A stretch of DNA of 64,000 bases from Ostrea edulis. Lineage: Eukaryota. This document shows, piece by piece, positions 1 through 11,604 of the stretch. The notes under the pieces are model-generated. The model saw only the letters and a list, made by a program, of their open reading frames with translations, was not told where the DNA came from and did not search any database. The number at the start of each line of letters is the position of its first letter. Within the stretch, counting starts at the first letter, position 1. Where the stretch lies: assembly GCF_947568905.1 (NCBI RefSeq), contig NC_079170.1, positions 85,064,001 through 85,128,000 on the forward strand. Reading direction: 5' to 3'. Position numbers and translations under genes: made by a program.

Positions 1-715
1 CCAATTTGGGGAGCTGAGTAGACATTTGCTTTTCATGAAAACAATCTCTAGTTTTATGTGCCGTGCTAATTATGCTGCTCAGCTGTACTAGACACTGTTT
101 TTATGTACTGTATGCATTGTTTTTGGATATGACGTTACACTTGTTAGACACATTTACTTGTATGGGATTTACGCATTTAGTCATTTATATCTTTTATTTT
201 CTATCAGATGAGGACACTTTTTTCAGATCATGCATGACTTAAAATTTGGTGCCAATGCAATTTAATCCGATAATCTAAACAGAAAAAAACCAAGGTTTTT
301 TTTCGTGCATTTGGCACATTCATTCACTGACCTTTTGATATTTTGCTATAGGGCTGGTTCTTACCCTATTGTTTGACATTTATCTCTTTCGACACATTTC
401 TCATTGATAGATTTTTGAATTTCAGGCCACATGTAGGCATATGAACTCTTACTTGAATAGCATTGCAGTTAAGCCTGTTTATATATGTCATCATGTGTAG
501 TGTATTATATGTCTTTGTTGAAGGATAAAAGATGCAGCACTCCACGTATCTTTATATCTGATAGTCATTTCGATCTAACAATATTGTACTAAACATAGAA
601 AAGAAGCAAAGACCGATCAAGAGACCATGCATCGTGTTTATAAAAGCAAAAAGGGGCATATAGCTTGCACTTTTTATTAGAAAAGAAACTATCCTCTAGA
701 TTAACATCAATCTAA

Positions 716-1130
716 TTACCAATAACCAAAGCCGATATTTCTGATAACAAACGAAACAATCTGATTTTCTGATAACGGGTTCAATTCAAAAGTAATGCTT
801 GTAAATTGACAAACTTGTTTCAACGGACACTTAGCATATGCTATATTGTTGGTAGTAAGTAGAGGTTGACCAATTGCAGAAAACGTCCGGTTGGATTTAT
901 ACACAAAACAAATTGTGACCAAAAAATACCTAACACAAGTGGTAAATTCTAAACTTGTAAATTTCCTATTTAATATAAAACACATTGCCGCATTCTTCCT
1001 AACATTTAATCTTTACGGTTCAACACAAAGCGGTCACCATGCCCTAATAGAACGTCAGTCGCAATCATTTTGAGCTAATAAACTTTCCAGTCAGAAACCA
1101 TTTTGAGCCCGATGTCCGATAACAACCGAA
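716..1130 (-). mobile_element. Possible degraded transposase C-terminal fragment (CACTA/EnSpm-like); identity uncertain
   Basis: Stop-interrupted, protein-like reading on the - strand (…SDWKVY*LKMIATD… continuing into ORF 716..985). Only a loose resemblance to known families. Confidence 0.25.
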
Positions 1131-1227
1131 TAGCCGATTACGCGTTTAGCCACATAAAGTTTGGGTAAAGGATATCTTTTTAGGTTTTATATTTTACTTG
1201 TCAAAAATTTTAGAAAACAATTTTTTT

Positions 1228-1503
1228 CATAGGTGCCTGGGTCAAGGATATTGCACTATAACCTATATGTAAACAATGGAGGAAATTCGAATCACGAATA
1301 AATATTTCTCTCTCATCTATGGTGTCTCTTTATACATTTTTTTAATGTCCCAGGAAGCTTATATACACGTGTCATTATCACAGAACACTAATTCATCCAC
1401 GTTTTAAAAAATATCTTATCCCACTGATTCATAATATATAACAAAGCTTGCAACTCAATCTATCCCTTTCCGTACCCCATGAGAGATATTTGTCGTTTAA
1501 AAG
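1228..1503 (+). repeat. Left arm of a ~275 bp inverted repeat (partner 3393..3667)
   Basis: cataggtgcctgggtcaaggatattgcactataacc…tgtcgtttaaaag is the reverse complement of 3393..3667, roughly 90% identical by eye. Confidence 0.9.
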
Positions 1504-2376
1504 TTATTTACACTGCTTACCAGCTAGTTTCAGGGCCCCATTCACTCCCAGTAATTCTTCTTTAATAATTAAAATCCTCTAATAACAGCTGTCTATCCGT
1601 TGTATATTTTTAATAATTTTTTTCTTTCCAGAGTCATCTCATTCAAATTTCTAATCACGGAAGTTCGTAAACAGTACAAAACTCGAAACGGAATAAGGGA
1701 TATCCGAATTATTCTCGAGTTCCGAAAGATGCTATGGCTATGTAAACCCCGGGGGATATAGAGAGTATTGACGCTATTTGTTATTTTGTAATGCAAATCA
1801 TATTGGGTGACGTTAGTTCCCCTCCCCCTTTCAACAGTAGTAGTGAGTAGTGAATTTAATGAGAAGGATGTATGCTTTAATGTCCGGAAATAGCAGTAAA
1901 ATCTCCACACACGGATTACGAAAGGGGGCAACTTTCCCACTTTACCTCCAACTACCCTCTCAGCTTTGACAATTGTGGCATGTGCCAGACAAATTACAAA
2001 TTCTGTTCTCACTTCCATTAACAATTAGTTATCTTTCAGTAATGTACGGCACGTAGAATCGGAGGGGGAGGGTTGCCTCCCCTTTTTTTTCATAATGATC
2101 ATTATTTGTGGTTTGTAATACAATTAAATATATCATGTGACCCCCCACCCTATTTTTCACAGTAGTAGTGAAAGAAGAATCAAGTCCTGAAATAATAGTA
2201 AAACCCTCTACTCACCCCCTCTCCCAACGGAGTATAAGAAATTCAAAACTGGGGAATTTCTTTTTTATTTGAGGCATTATATTATATGATAATGACACGT
2301 GTATTTAAGCTTCCTGGGACATGACAAAATGTTTAACTCCGCATGGTCGTACCTCAAATATCCGGTATCATTACAA

Positions 2377-3155
2377 TATGACATCAAATTAGGATGGAGC
2401 AACCTGAAAGTGACACTATCAACATTGCATCAAATGAAAGGTGAAGATAACGCACAGTGATCAATTGCATAACTCTTATAAGCAATACAGAGAATTCACC
2501 ATTGCTGGTGAAGGACTGCAAAATAAAATTCTATACTCGGCACCTACAACCTTTGAGTAGGAAGGGATCTTTATCATGCCACCTATGCTGTGATACGGGG
2601 TCTCAGATTTTGTGGTCTCATCCGATGGCACGCCCTATTTAGTCATCTCTTACGAAAAGTAACGAAAATTAAGATATATTCTAACCCAAATTCCCACTAG
2701 ATTCAGGTTTTATGGAAATATACAGTTTTATCATGTTGCATTCATAAAAATTAAAATAAGTAAAGATATACTAGTAAGACTAATAGAATCCTTCATCAGT
2801 ACGAGTGTGGGATAGGGATATTCCACCGAGTAGACAGAATTCGCATTGTTCCATTTTACCCACAGTTTACTGCAAAAAAAAAAGAGCTTCTAGAAAATTC
2901 AGAATTATCAAAATCCTCATTTGAACTTTAATGCAGAAACTTATTAGACAATAAGAGAGAACATAGCCTATTCAAAATGGTTTACACTGTAAGTGTAAAC
3001 TAAAAAAAAACACCCAAGATTGTCCACCAGAAAGCTATATCAAATTTAGATTGAAATAAAACAATGCAAAATATTTTTCTTCAACGTGGAGCGTAAATCA
3101 TAGAAAATATGATGTCACTATCAAATGACGTTGCAGTAATGTGAGACAGAAAAAT
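2377..3155 (+). repeat. ~780 bp composite repeat block, with an inverted copy at 21820..22624
   Basis: Colinear reverse-complement match along the whole length, covering a Penelope-like 3' tip, the SINE 3' part and an unclassified segment. Confidence 0.85.
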
Positions 3156-3158
3156 AAA

Positions 3159-3393
3159 TCATACAGATTGTTAAGCCGTTCTTGGCGCACTGATTTGACT
3201 GCGGATGGCTCCGTTTGCCTGATCGGGATGTGGGGCTCGCGGCGGGTGTGACCGGTCAACAGGGGATGCTTACTCCTCCTAGGCACCTGATCCCACCTCT
3301 GGTGTGCCCAGGGGTCCGTGCTTGCCCAACTATCTATTTTGTATTGCTTGTAGGAGTTATGAGATTGATCACTGTTCGTTATCTTCACCTTGC
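3159..3393 (+). mobile_element. 3' tail (last codons + 3' UTR) of the Penelope-like/Naiad-type retroelement
   Basis: Matches the reverse complement of 53768..54000, starting at the H-T-D-C-stop codons (catacagattgttaa). Confidence 0.9.
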
Positions 3394-3667
3394 TTTTAAA
3401 CGACAAATATCTCTCATGGGCCATGGAAAGGGGTAGATTGAGTTGCAAGCCTTGTTATATATTATGAATCAGTGGGATAAGATATTTTTTAAAACGTGGA
3501 TAAATTAGTGTTCTGTGATAATGACACGTGTATTTAAGCTTCCTGGGACATGACAAAATGTTTAAGGAGACAGCATAGATGAGAGAGAAATATTTATTCG
3601 TGATTCGAATTTCCTCCATTGTTTACATATAGGTTATAGTGCAATATCCTTGACCCAGGCGCCTATG
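3393..3667 (-). repeat. Right arm of the ~275 bp inverted repeat (partner 1228..1503)
   Basis: Reverse-complement match to the left arm. A 50 bp piece (3516..3565) recurs identically at 2287..2336. Confidence 0.9.
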
Positions 3668-3734
3668 CAATTTTTCCTCTGTTTACCATCCCTCACTTTG
3701 AAAAACAAATGTTCTTGTCTGCATAAAAATCTAG

Positions 3735-3920
3735 CATCTAACTAAAATTAAGAAATGTTTGATAACGGTCAACAACTTCTTAAGATAGACCAATGTTCAA
3801 AGTTTGATGTTAATCAATAAAAGGGTTCTCAAGATATGGAGCGGATAAGACTTGGTTTATAGTCAGAGTGACCGACTTGTGCAAAACATATGGCCCCTCG
3901 TTTTCTAGGGGTGCATGAAA
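3735..3920. mobile_element. Helentron-associated (pearl/CvA-like) non-autonomous element fragment
   Basis: Ends in gcaaaacatatggcccctcgttttctaggggtgcatgaaa, a short terminal hairpin typical of bivalve Helentron-derived elements (recognised from memory). Confidence 0.4.
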
Positions 3921-4369
3921 TTGACAAATGTCACAATGCGCCATAAGAGTTGAAAATCTGTCAGTTGGATTACAATTGGGGTTGCCTCGTTTTAAGCCGA
4001 GTATGAAGTGAAGGTCGCCTACAAAGTCAGAGACTCGGGATTCACGAATCGCCGACCTCCTACGACGAAAATAGCTTTGGTACGAATAGGAATTCGACAT
4101 TGCTTTTCATAATCTTTTTTAAAAAAAACAATTCAGTAGATTGATTTCATATCCAAATGTCATAGAGAAAAAAATAAACACTAATTTAGTCATATGCATT
4201 TTGCTAGACAAATAATTTATGAGTAGGCGACAATGGTGGATTCAAAATGTAAGAGAGAAATTTGGCTTTAATTTGTGACTAAGCAATTAACAGTAGCGTA
4301 TTTTAAACATTTTATGTAATATACAAGAGAAGAATTTAGTTGTGGTTCCAAATACCGAATTGCAGTAAA

Positions 4370-4373
<4 letters not shown>

Positions 4374-4418
<45 letters not shown>
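4374..4418. repeat. (TA)n microsatellite
   Basis: Direct reading. Confidence 0.95.
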
Positions 4419-4422
<4 letters not shown>

Positions 4423-4640
4423 CACAGAATATATCACTTTATTTGGATTCCCACGTCCGCCCCTACCCGGTTTGAACTCACGACCTGCGAACCAAATCTT
4501 CTAGCAGTATGTAGCCATCGCGATAGACCGCTCCACCATCTAGGCAAGTCTAGACTTGGTTTTGCAGGTCGTGAGTTCAACCCCTGGTAGGGGCGGAAGT
4601 GGGTATCCAAATAAAGCGAAATTTTCTGTGCTTTATATTA
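4419..4640. mobile_element. Head-to-head inverted pair of tRNA-derived SINE-like sequences forming a foldback
   Basis: The - strand copy 4419..4545 has an A box (TAGATGGTGGAGCG), a B box (GAGTTCAAACC) and a (TA)n tail. The + strand partial copy ~4555..4635 pairs with ~4421..4500. Confidence 0.65.
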
Positions 4641-4696
4641 AATATTTCTTCACTTAGGGCAGTAATGTTCATTTAAGAGTTCATTGCTATTTCTGT

Positions 4697-4697
4697 G

Positions 4698-4769
<72 letters not shown>
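4697..4769. repeat. Compound (CT)n(AT)n microsatellite
   Basis: Direct reading. Confidence 0.95.
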
Positions 4770-4784
4770 GCTGACTATAAAGAT

Positions 4785-5110
4785 CATAGAATAACGACAG
4801 GTGTTTGATCTACGGAGTTTCTGGAATCACGTTTAAGGTATCTCGGGACTACTAAGAAAAGAAAAACCAATTAATATGAATATGTAATGGTAAAATAACA
4901 ATTCTCGTTCCTGTCCACTTGTAAGGTATTTCAAATGAGCGCATGAATTCTTTTATTGGAGCTCATTAACAAATTAGGGGTTCTACCCAACTGTTCTGGG
5001 GATACATAAGGGATATCAGATAACATAATAAAAGGCAACATTTGAAAAATGCAAAATTTGATAATGCAGCAAATGATAAAGGTACATTTTAAATTAGATC
5101 CATTCATCGT
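4785..5110 (+). repeat. Diverged dispersed repeat, direct copy at ~13355..13700
   Basis: Shared blocks such as tcgttcctgtccacttgtaa and ttttattggag occur in the same order; about 70% identity by eye. Confidence 0.65.
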
Positions 5111-6266
5111 TTTCAAGCATTTAAGGGCAATTAATGTCAAATGATTGTTATCAAACTTTTTAAATGCTCTGAATTGCGTTTCATTTTTTCCCCATTATAA
5201 CCCTTTCGCTAACGGCCCATTTCAGAGGTTTTTAAAAGACTAAATGACAATATTTTTAAATCGATTTAAATCCACATGTAAATGATAATGCCGAAAAATG
5301 TGGAAAAAATGTATTTCTTAATAAAATTCACAGTTTACTTATCCTCAAACAATAAAGTATAGTTAGAGCTTTTGCATACTCAATTGGCTTTTTAAATGTT
5401 TTCTATAATCAAGGTTCTCTTATATTCCGCGTTTAATTTCTATTTTGTATTGATTGAGGGAGTTGTGAGAGTGATCACTATTTGTTATCTTCGCTTTTCA
5501 TTACATATGAAAGAAATTATATTAGGAGTAATTGCAATACACATTTAATGAACGTGTTAGATGCACAGTCAGATTAATTTTGGTAAAGGAATTCTTATTG
5601 CAATGTGTATTTCATTATTTGTATTAATGTCACAATACCGGTACTTTAGAACTGGAAATACCTGTACAGTTCCTCTTCAGTGAGGGGCTGCGAACTTCCT
5701 TTGGAAGCTTAAGCCAATTTTTTCCCTTATACATGACCATCTCAGCATAATGGTTGGTGGCAACATAATTGGGGAAAACTAAATATTACATCGAAATAGC
5801 TTTATACAATGTGAAATTCTCTGAACAATCGGGTCCCATAGCTGAAAGAAAATTGCAAATAAAATTAATTGCGCACACGACAATTTTTTGTCGATTTTCA
5901 CTTTTTACCAGATTCTGATAGATAATAGTTATATAATTCAAAATATGTAATTCTATGACCCTCCTTCACTTTTAAGAGGTATTTTTTCCGCAATTGAAGC
6001 ACTGATATATTCTTTAACACCAGCATAACGTCATGACGTTCGCGTTCTTGGTGTCATTCCAGAGAACAACAATTTAATCTGAAAGAAACAAGGCGTTCTA
6101 AGTATAATTTCATTCCCTTAATTGTTTTTGCGTTTATTGTGTGAAAAAAAAAGAATCTCAAATGTTAAGGCACTTTTATTAATTTGAAATGGAAATAAAT
6201 ATTTCACGACTTAAAATGAAAATTAGCTTTTCGCTGTTTTAGTTAAACTGAGTAAAACATGAGATA

Positions 6267-6965
6267 TACCGGTTTTGCCGAATAAAATACGCATTGGTAT
6301 TTGCTACGCACCCCTTTTTTTAGTCTGAAAATTGAGGAAGAATCGCAGCTTATTTGTATATTACGCAGCAAACATGCTGACCAAGCAGTAATCTTCATTT
6401 AATTATTTGAGATTAATTTCACTAGAAATCTTTGTTCTCAACACAGCGCTGCTAAGTTTTAAGAAATGGTAATCATGTCTTATAACGGTAATCTTCACTG
6501 AGCATCTAATAGGGAAAATGTACATTTCAGTAAAGCACGCGATTTTTTAGCATTTCTATTAAAGGTTTATCAGACTCTATATTTTCTTTGTTTAAACTTC
6601 AAATGATATAGCCGATGGTATATATGTATATTCAAAATATTGAACGGGCATTCAATGTGTTGTAATTAACAAACTATCGAAGCTGCGAAACACAGTGTAC
6701 AAAGGTGCAGTATATCAACACCACTCGGTAATTATCAAAAGCCAAAACTTTAATTGGTGCTGTAAACAATTGGACCAAGTGGAGAACCGATGTAAAAAAA
6801 AAAATAATAATAATAATGGAAAGGTAAACTGGAATTCAAACATAACAATCCGATATCTCGCTGCATTTAGATGAACAAACTGCATTAGTCGTTTAATGCG
6901 AAAGAACAGTTAGAAGTAATCGAATTTGCCCAAACCCACGGAAATCGTGCAGCATGCAGAAAGCC
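6267..6965 (+). mobile_element. pogo-like DNA transposon remnant (left end + Brinker-type DNA-binding fragment)
   Basis: ta|ccggttttgccgaataaaatacgca resembles a pogo TIR. 6889..6963 reads SFNAKEQLEVIEFAQTHGNRAACRK, similar to the BrkDBD of pogo transposases. Confidence 0.45.
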
Positions 6966-7289
6966 ATGCTATAAAGAGAAATATTACGACATCTACCCTT
7001 ACGGTCAAGTGAAAAAGAACACATATGCACGACATCTCTCTCTCTCTCTCTCTCTCTCTTACACACACATCATACATGTAACATGTACCAAATGAATACG
7101 CTATAACTTCCCACCTACAACCGAACCCCTTTGAATATCCTGATATTTTTGTAAGAAATTCACTACATGGTACTTAAAACATCATTGGTAAAATAGATCT
7201 CTTTATTCACTCTAGGGTCTTGCATTTTAGCATATGAAGTGAACACCTTACCAATACACACTTAAGTGCATGAGCACTTTTATTACAGA

Positions 7290-7550
7290 AGGTCAATTAA
7301 ACACCCTGGCACACGGGCAATCAACCACTCTAAAAAGTCAAACCCTCTGACACACACTGTCAATTAAACACCCTGACACATTAGCAATACAACACTCAGA
7401 CACACACGGATAATTAAACACCCCAACGCACACGGACAATTAAACACCAGAGACACACGAATAGTTAAACACCCGACACACACGGTCAATTAAACACTCC
7501 TACATGAAAGAGTAATTAGATATTCTGACACAAACGGGTAATTAAACATT
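7290..7550. repeat. Degenerate ~26 bp minisatellite, ~9 units (caattaaacaccctgacacacacgg-like)
   Basis: Repeated aattaaacacc cores at roughly 25-30 bp spacing. Confidence 0.8.
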
Positions 7551-8373
7551 CTTTAAGAAACCACTCTTGCAAAAACAACAACAACCAGGAATGCCACCCC
7601 ACCCACCCCCCAAAAGAAAAAAGGAACAACAAAACCTCACCTAATCAAACATGACCAACATGCACAGTCTACCAAACAAGTCGCACACGAAGACATTCTT
7701 ACACACGTGGAAAATATTGCCAAAGTATGTTTTATTTCCGATATCGTTTATAGCCAATCCTTTGTAACAGTCTACAAAGGAGTAAATGTTTAACGAGTAT
7801 CAAAATCATTTTTTCTTTTTCTTTTATTTCTTCTTTTTTTTTGGGGGGGGGGGTAGTTTTTTATAAACCAAGTTCTCTATTTTCAATGAGTATTTGTTTT
7901 CGATATCATAATGTTTCCTAAATTATACTCTAAAACCAGGCACGTAGAACCAGGGTGGAGTTGGTGGGGAGGGGGTGTCCTAATTTTTCGACAAATTCAT
8001 TTTGGCTTTGTTTTACTCCCACCCACCCTTAATTTTGAATTCGAAGTTAAGGAATGATAACATTATTTAGGTTTCATTTCTTATTTTCATATTTTCCTGC
8101 ATTTGGCTTTTTTTTTTATTACTATCATTATTTCAATTCTTTTTTTTTTTTTTTTTTGGCTTGGTTGTCAATAATTAATCGAAATTCCTCTCCGTTCTTT
8201 TTATTCATTTTTTTTGGAATATCTCCTCAAACCGGGAAATTATGATATTTGTCAGAAACCGTCAAATTTAGACTAATGACTTTAAATGTGATAATAACTT
8301 AGGAATCTTCCGAAAACCCTTAATGTCGGCTTCAAATGAATTTATAAAACCGAACTTCGTTACTAGCTTGAAA

Positions 8374-8620
8374 ATACGGATGTATATTTACTGCTGTTAT
8401 TACATTTAGAAATTTATTTCAAAATTAAGGATTATCTCCCTCATGCATAGCTCTTATCCTTGGACGAATTTGACTCCACTTTTTTGGCACGCTGTTTTTT
8501 GGCTATATTTAGGTCTAAAACGTCATAGTTATTTCGGATTTCAAACATTTCGGTTGAGCATCACTGAAGAGACATTATTTGTCGAAATGCGCATCTGGTG
8601 CATCAAAATTGGTACCGTTT
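8374..8620 (+). mobile_element. Hammerhead-bearing Penelope-like pseudo-LTR-type repeat, copy 1
   Basis: Near-identical to 32387..32642 and 43763..43897; contains the hammerhead core. Confidence 0.8.
8554..8606 (+). ncRNA. Minimal type I hammerhead ribozyme, copy 1 (predicted cleavage after C8595)
   Basis: TTGAGCATCA-CTGAAGA-GACA(TTATT)TGTC-GAAA-TGCGCA-TC-TGGTGCATCAA. Intact CUGANGA and GAAA core, 4 bp stem II, palindromic stem III (ATGCGCAT), AUC cleavage triplet, stem I GCATCA/TGGTGC plus TTGA/TCAA. Confidence 0.8.
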
Positions 8621-10930
8621 TACATCCTAAAGATATGTTACAAAGATTGCACAATCTGACTTAAAATCTGCTAATAATTGTTTGATAAACATGTGACTAG
8701 CGAGTGATCTTATCATATTTGGTTAAATTAACACATCAGTTCAGAGTGAGAATGCTGTTCGAGATGATGTCATCTCCAACATACAGTAAAGGTCTGGCAT
8801 TCACAACAGATTCCGACTCGGCCAGTATAGTTCGTAGCTGTTCACTGGTTAGGTACAGCTTTCCAATGGTCTGTCTGAGACCATGCGCTTAACGACTTTT
8901 ATTAAGCGTTCATACAATCCACCCATCCATGGTGCAAGTTCTACAATAAATTGACATCAGATATCTTCACTAGAAATATAGGTCTGTACATTTGGATCAC
9001 CCACAGTAGACTTCCACATCTTTTCTAGCACATCACTTGCAAGCTTGAATTGAGATCCATTGCCAGATATTATTTGCTTGGACTTTCTCCATCGGGCAAT
9101 TAATTTTCTAAGTCCCAAAAAAAACCCTCTGCTGACATCTCCTTTTTGAGTTCCATATGTATGACTCTAGCTGTTAAGCATGTATACAGGCAAACCCAAA
9201 CTTTCTTATTCCCATTCTCTGTTTTGACATATATTGGACCAAAGTAATCTACTCCAGTAAAGGTGAATGGAGCCGATTTGTCAAAACGTTTCTTCGAGAA
9301 TGGCGGCATCATTGGCATTTTGTATGATCCCTCTCCATGCCTCTTGCACACAATACATTATTCTGTGACGAATATCTATCAATAAGTCAGTCACATGCTT
9401 TCTCTTTGGTAGTAGCATTGGTTACATCGCTACCTCTTTCATATGACCATCGCCAAGTCAACCAACACATCTAATAATTCATCTATTAGAAGTCCAAGAT
9501 GGTTAACTAAATTGTCTTTTCTGTTCTGCCAGTGTAGTTTTCACTCCCTTAAAGTGTTGGCTTTCTACATGATTTATCCACAGAACTTTGGATTCATTCA
9601 ACTCTTCCGATGACAATGGTCCTGGAGGCATTTCGTTCCCCTTAAGTTTTCGTGATAAATCTCAGTACCCAGGCGGACACTTGCACAAGACGGGAAAAGG
9701 AAGAAATTGTCTCCACATCCAAACAGAATGGATTGTCAGAGCTCTATGTCATTCTGCTAGGACCCTTCTCCACCAGTAATTTAGCTTCAAACAGTACTTT
9801 TGGAACTATGCGCTCCGATTCCAAAGCTTCCATTGTTGTCAAACAATTTCTATGTGGGCCATTCACTTCTGTTTTTTGTTAACCATGAGGGACCATTCCA
9901 AAAACGTTTGTTCTTTATAGGGGAGAAAACAGTTGTTCCACGACTAGCGACATCTGCAGGGTTGTCCTTAGTTGATACATACTGAAATTCTACGTCACTG
10001 CTATTATCTCTCAGCTTATTTTCTACAAACATTATCAATGGCTCCTTTGTCTAAATCCAATGTAATACGCATAGTGAATCAGTCCACAGTATCTTTTTCT
10101 GAAATACAGTAAAGTTCCTGTGATTGTCGGCACAACACTGGCATTGATTATCATAAATTCTTCTTCTTTAAGCTTCATCTTCAAGATGACTTATGGAGCT
10201 TTCTTCCGTTTTGGTTTGTCAGCACCGAATTTAATCAATGAAATTTCTTCAGTTTGACCCATTCTAAGGTTTAATCTTTGCTAGATCCTCTGTAATGTAT
10301 GCTGTCTCGGATCCAGAGTCCATTAAAATGTGGACAGCTTATTTCTTGTTTATCACAGAATTTGACACTTCTGTGTGTGCAGTCTGCATCACCACAATAG
10401 TCCCTGTTGTAAACATACAACTCTGCTGTGACGATTCTGCTTTGGCATGCTTCTCTTTGTGTGATGATTCTGCTAAACAAGATGAATCTTTCAATGTTGA
10501 TTTTTCCAGCCTTGTGGATTCATCTCTCTGACGTGGAAATTTCTATGGTTTTCCAAATGACTATGAGCATCTGAAGCTTGACATTCTGTAGATTCTTTCG
10601 CTGTGACATTAGCTTTAAAGAAGTCTCTTGGTTTCTTAACAGTACCATCGTCTCTACTTCATTTCTGTATTTCAAGCTGCAGCAGTGTTTATTTAAGTAG
10701 CTTCGAAGTTATCATTGACCCAAAGACATCCTGGTTTACAACTTGACGCAATGATTCCAAGCTTCTCGTGGGTTTCTCAAGGTCATCAAATAGTTTCCTC
10801 AAACTTAATGAATTGTTTGTCACAGACTGTATGTTGATCAGTTCCATATAATGTTTATTGATCCCTGTGCCTCCCCAAATCTATCCTGAATGATATCAAT
10901 GGATGTATCATAGTTTTCGTGCAAGAGCGA

Positions 10931-11237
10931 TTAATTATATCTTATTTAACGCCTCACTCGAAAATTTTCACTCATATGGAGACGTCACCAAGACCGGTGA
11001 AGGACTTAAAATTTAAGTGTATGCTCGGCGCTTACAGCCACCTACTGTGATACGGCACATCAGTTGTTAAGGTCATCCCCGAGGGAATCCCGTGACATTC
11101 ACACCTGATGCCGATCGTTTGGTGATGGTACTGTCACTACCTGTTTGACGACTTAGGTCTGTCGCGACCGAGATTTGAACCCCAATGTTCCGCATGCAGG
11201 GCAAACGCTCTAACCTCTAGATCACCGTGGTGGTTTA
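10931..11237 (-). mobile_element. Full-length tRNA-derived SINE (probably Meta-domain type) inserted in BEL/Pao gag
   Basis: Perfect 9 bp TSD CAAGAGCGA at 10922..10930 and 11238..11246. A box TAGAGGTTAGAGCG and B box GGTTCAAATCTC on the - strand. Removing it restores KLTGISLLHENYD in gag. Confidence 0.88.
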
Positions 11238-11520
11238 CAAGAGCGAAATTCCTGTGAGTTTGCACCAAAGATAGTTGAATTTCTCAATCCTAGAGAGCGT
11301 CATATTCCTGTTGATTGTAGCATCGAAGGCATCCAAGATTTCTTTAGATTTGATATTGTCCTCTTTTGGAAGTCTTCCAGTTAAAGAACCTTGGGGTGCT
11401 GTATGGAATGCGGACTGATGAAGCTGTAGCTCTTGAAATTGTAGTATCTGTTCTTGATGTTTGTCTTGTAAAAACACAATCCCGAACTTCCTGAGTCAGT
11501 AGTTTGCCGTGCTGCTTTCA

Positions 11521-11604
11521 CAGTAGTTATTCTCTCATGTAAATGCTTTAACAGTAGTTATTCTCTCATGTAAATGCTTTAACAGTAGTTATTCTGTCAT
11601 GTAA
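11521..11604. repeat. 31 bp tandem duplication x ~2.7 inside BEL/Pao gag
   Basis: cagtagttattctctcatgtaaatgctttaa repeated. Confidence 0.9.

Noticed and set aside
1593-2024. 143 aa ORF and other isolated 60-120 aa ORFs (e.g. 3810..4100, 20135..20377, 27294..27488)
   Set aside because: No recognisable domain, no splice-consistent partners, and composition typical of AT-rich non-coding DNA.
3215-3436. Recurring ORFs MLTPPRHLIPPLVCPGVR… and …WDQVPRRSKHPLLTGHTRREP… (also 33654, 33702, 34032, 52100, 53661, 53742) as a small-protein gene family
   Set aside because: They are chance translations of both strands of the non-coding 3' UTR of the Penelope-like element; starts and stops vary between copies.
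7290-7550. CRISPR-like array (also 51130..51345)
   Set aside because: Degenerate head-to-tail minisatellites with no unique spacers and no cas genes, in a eukaryotic context.
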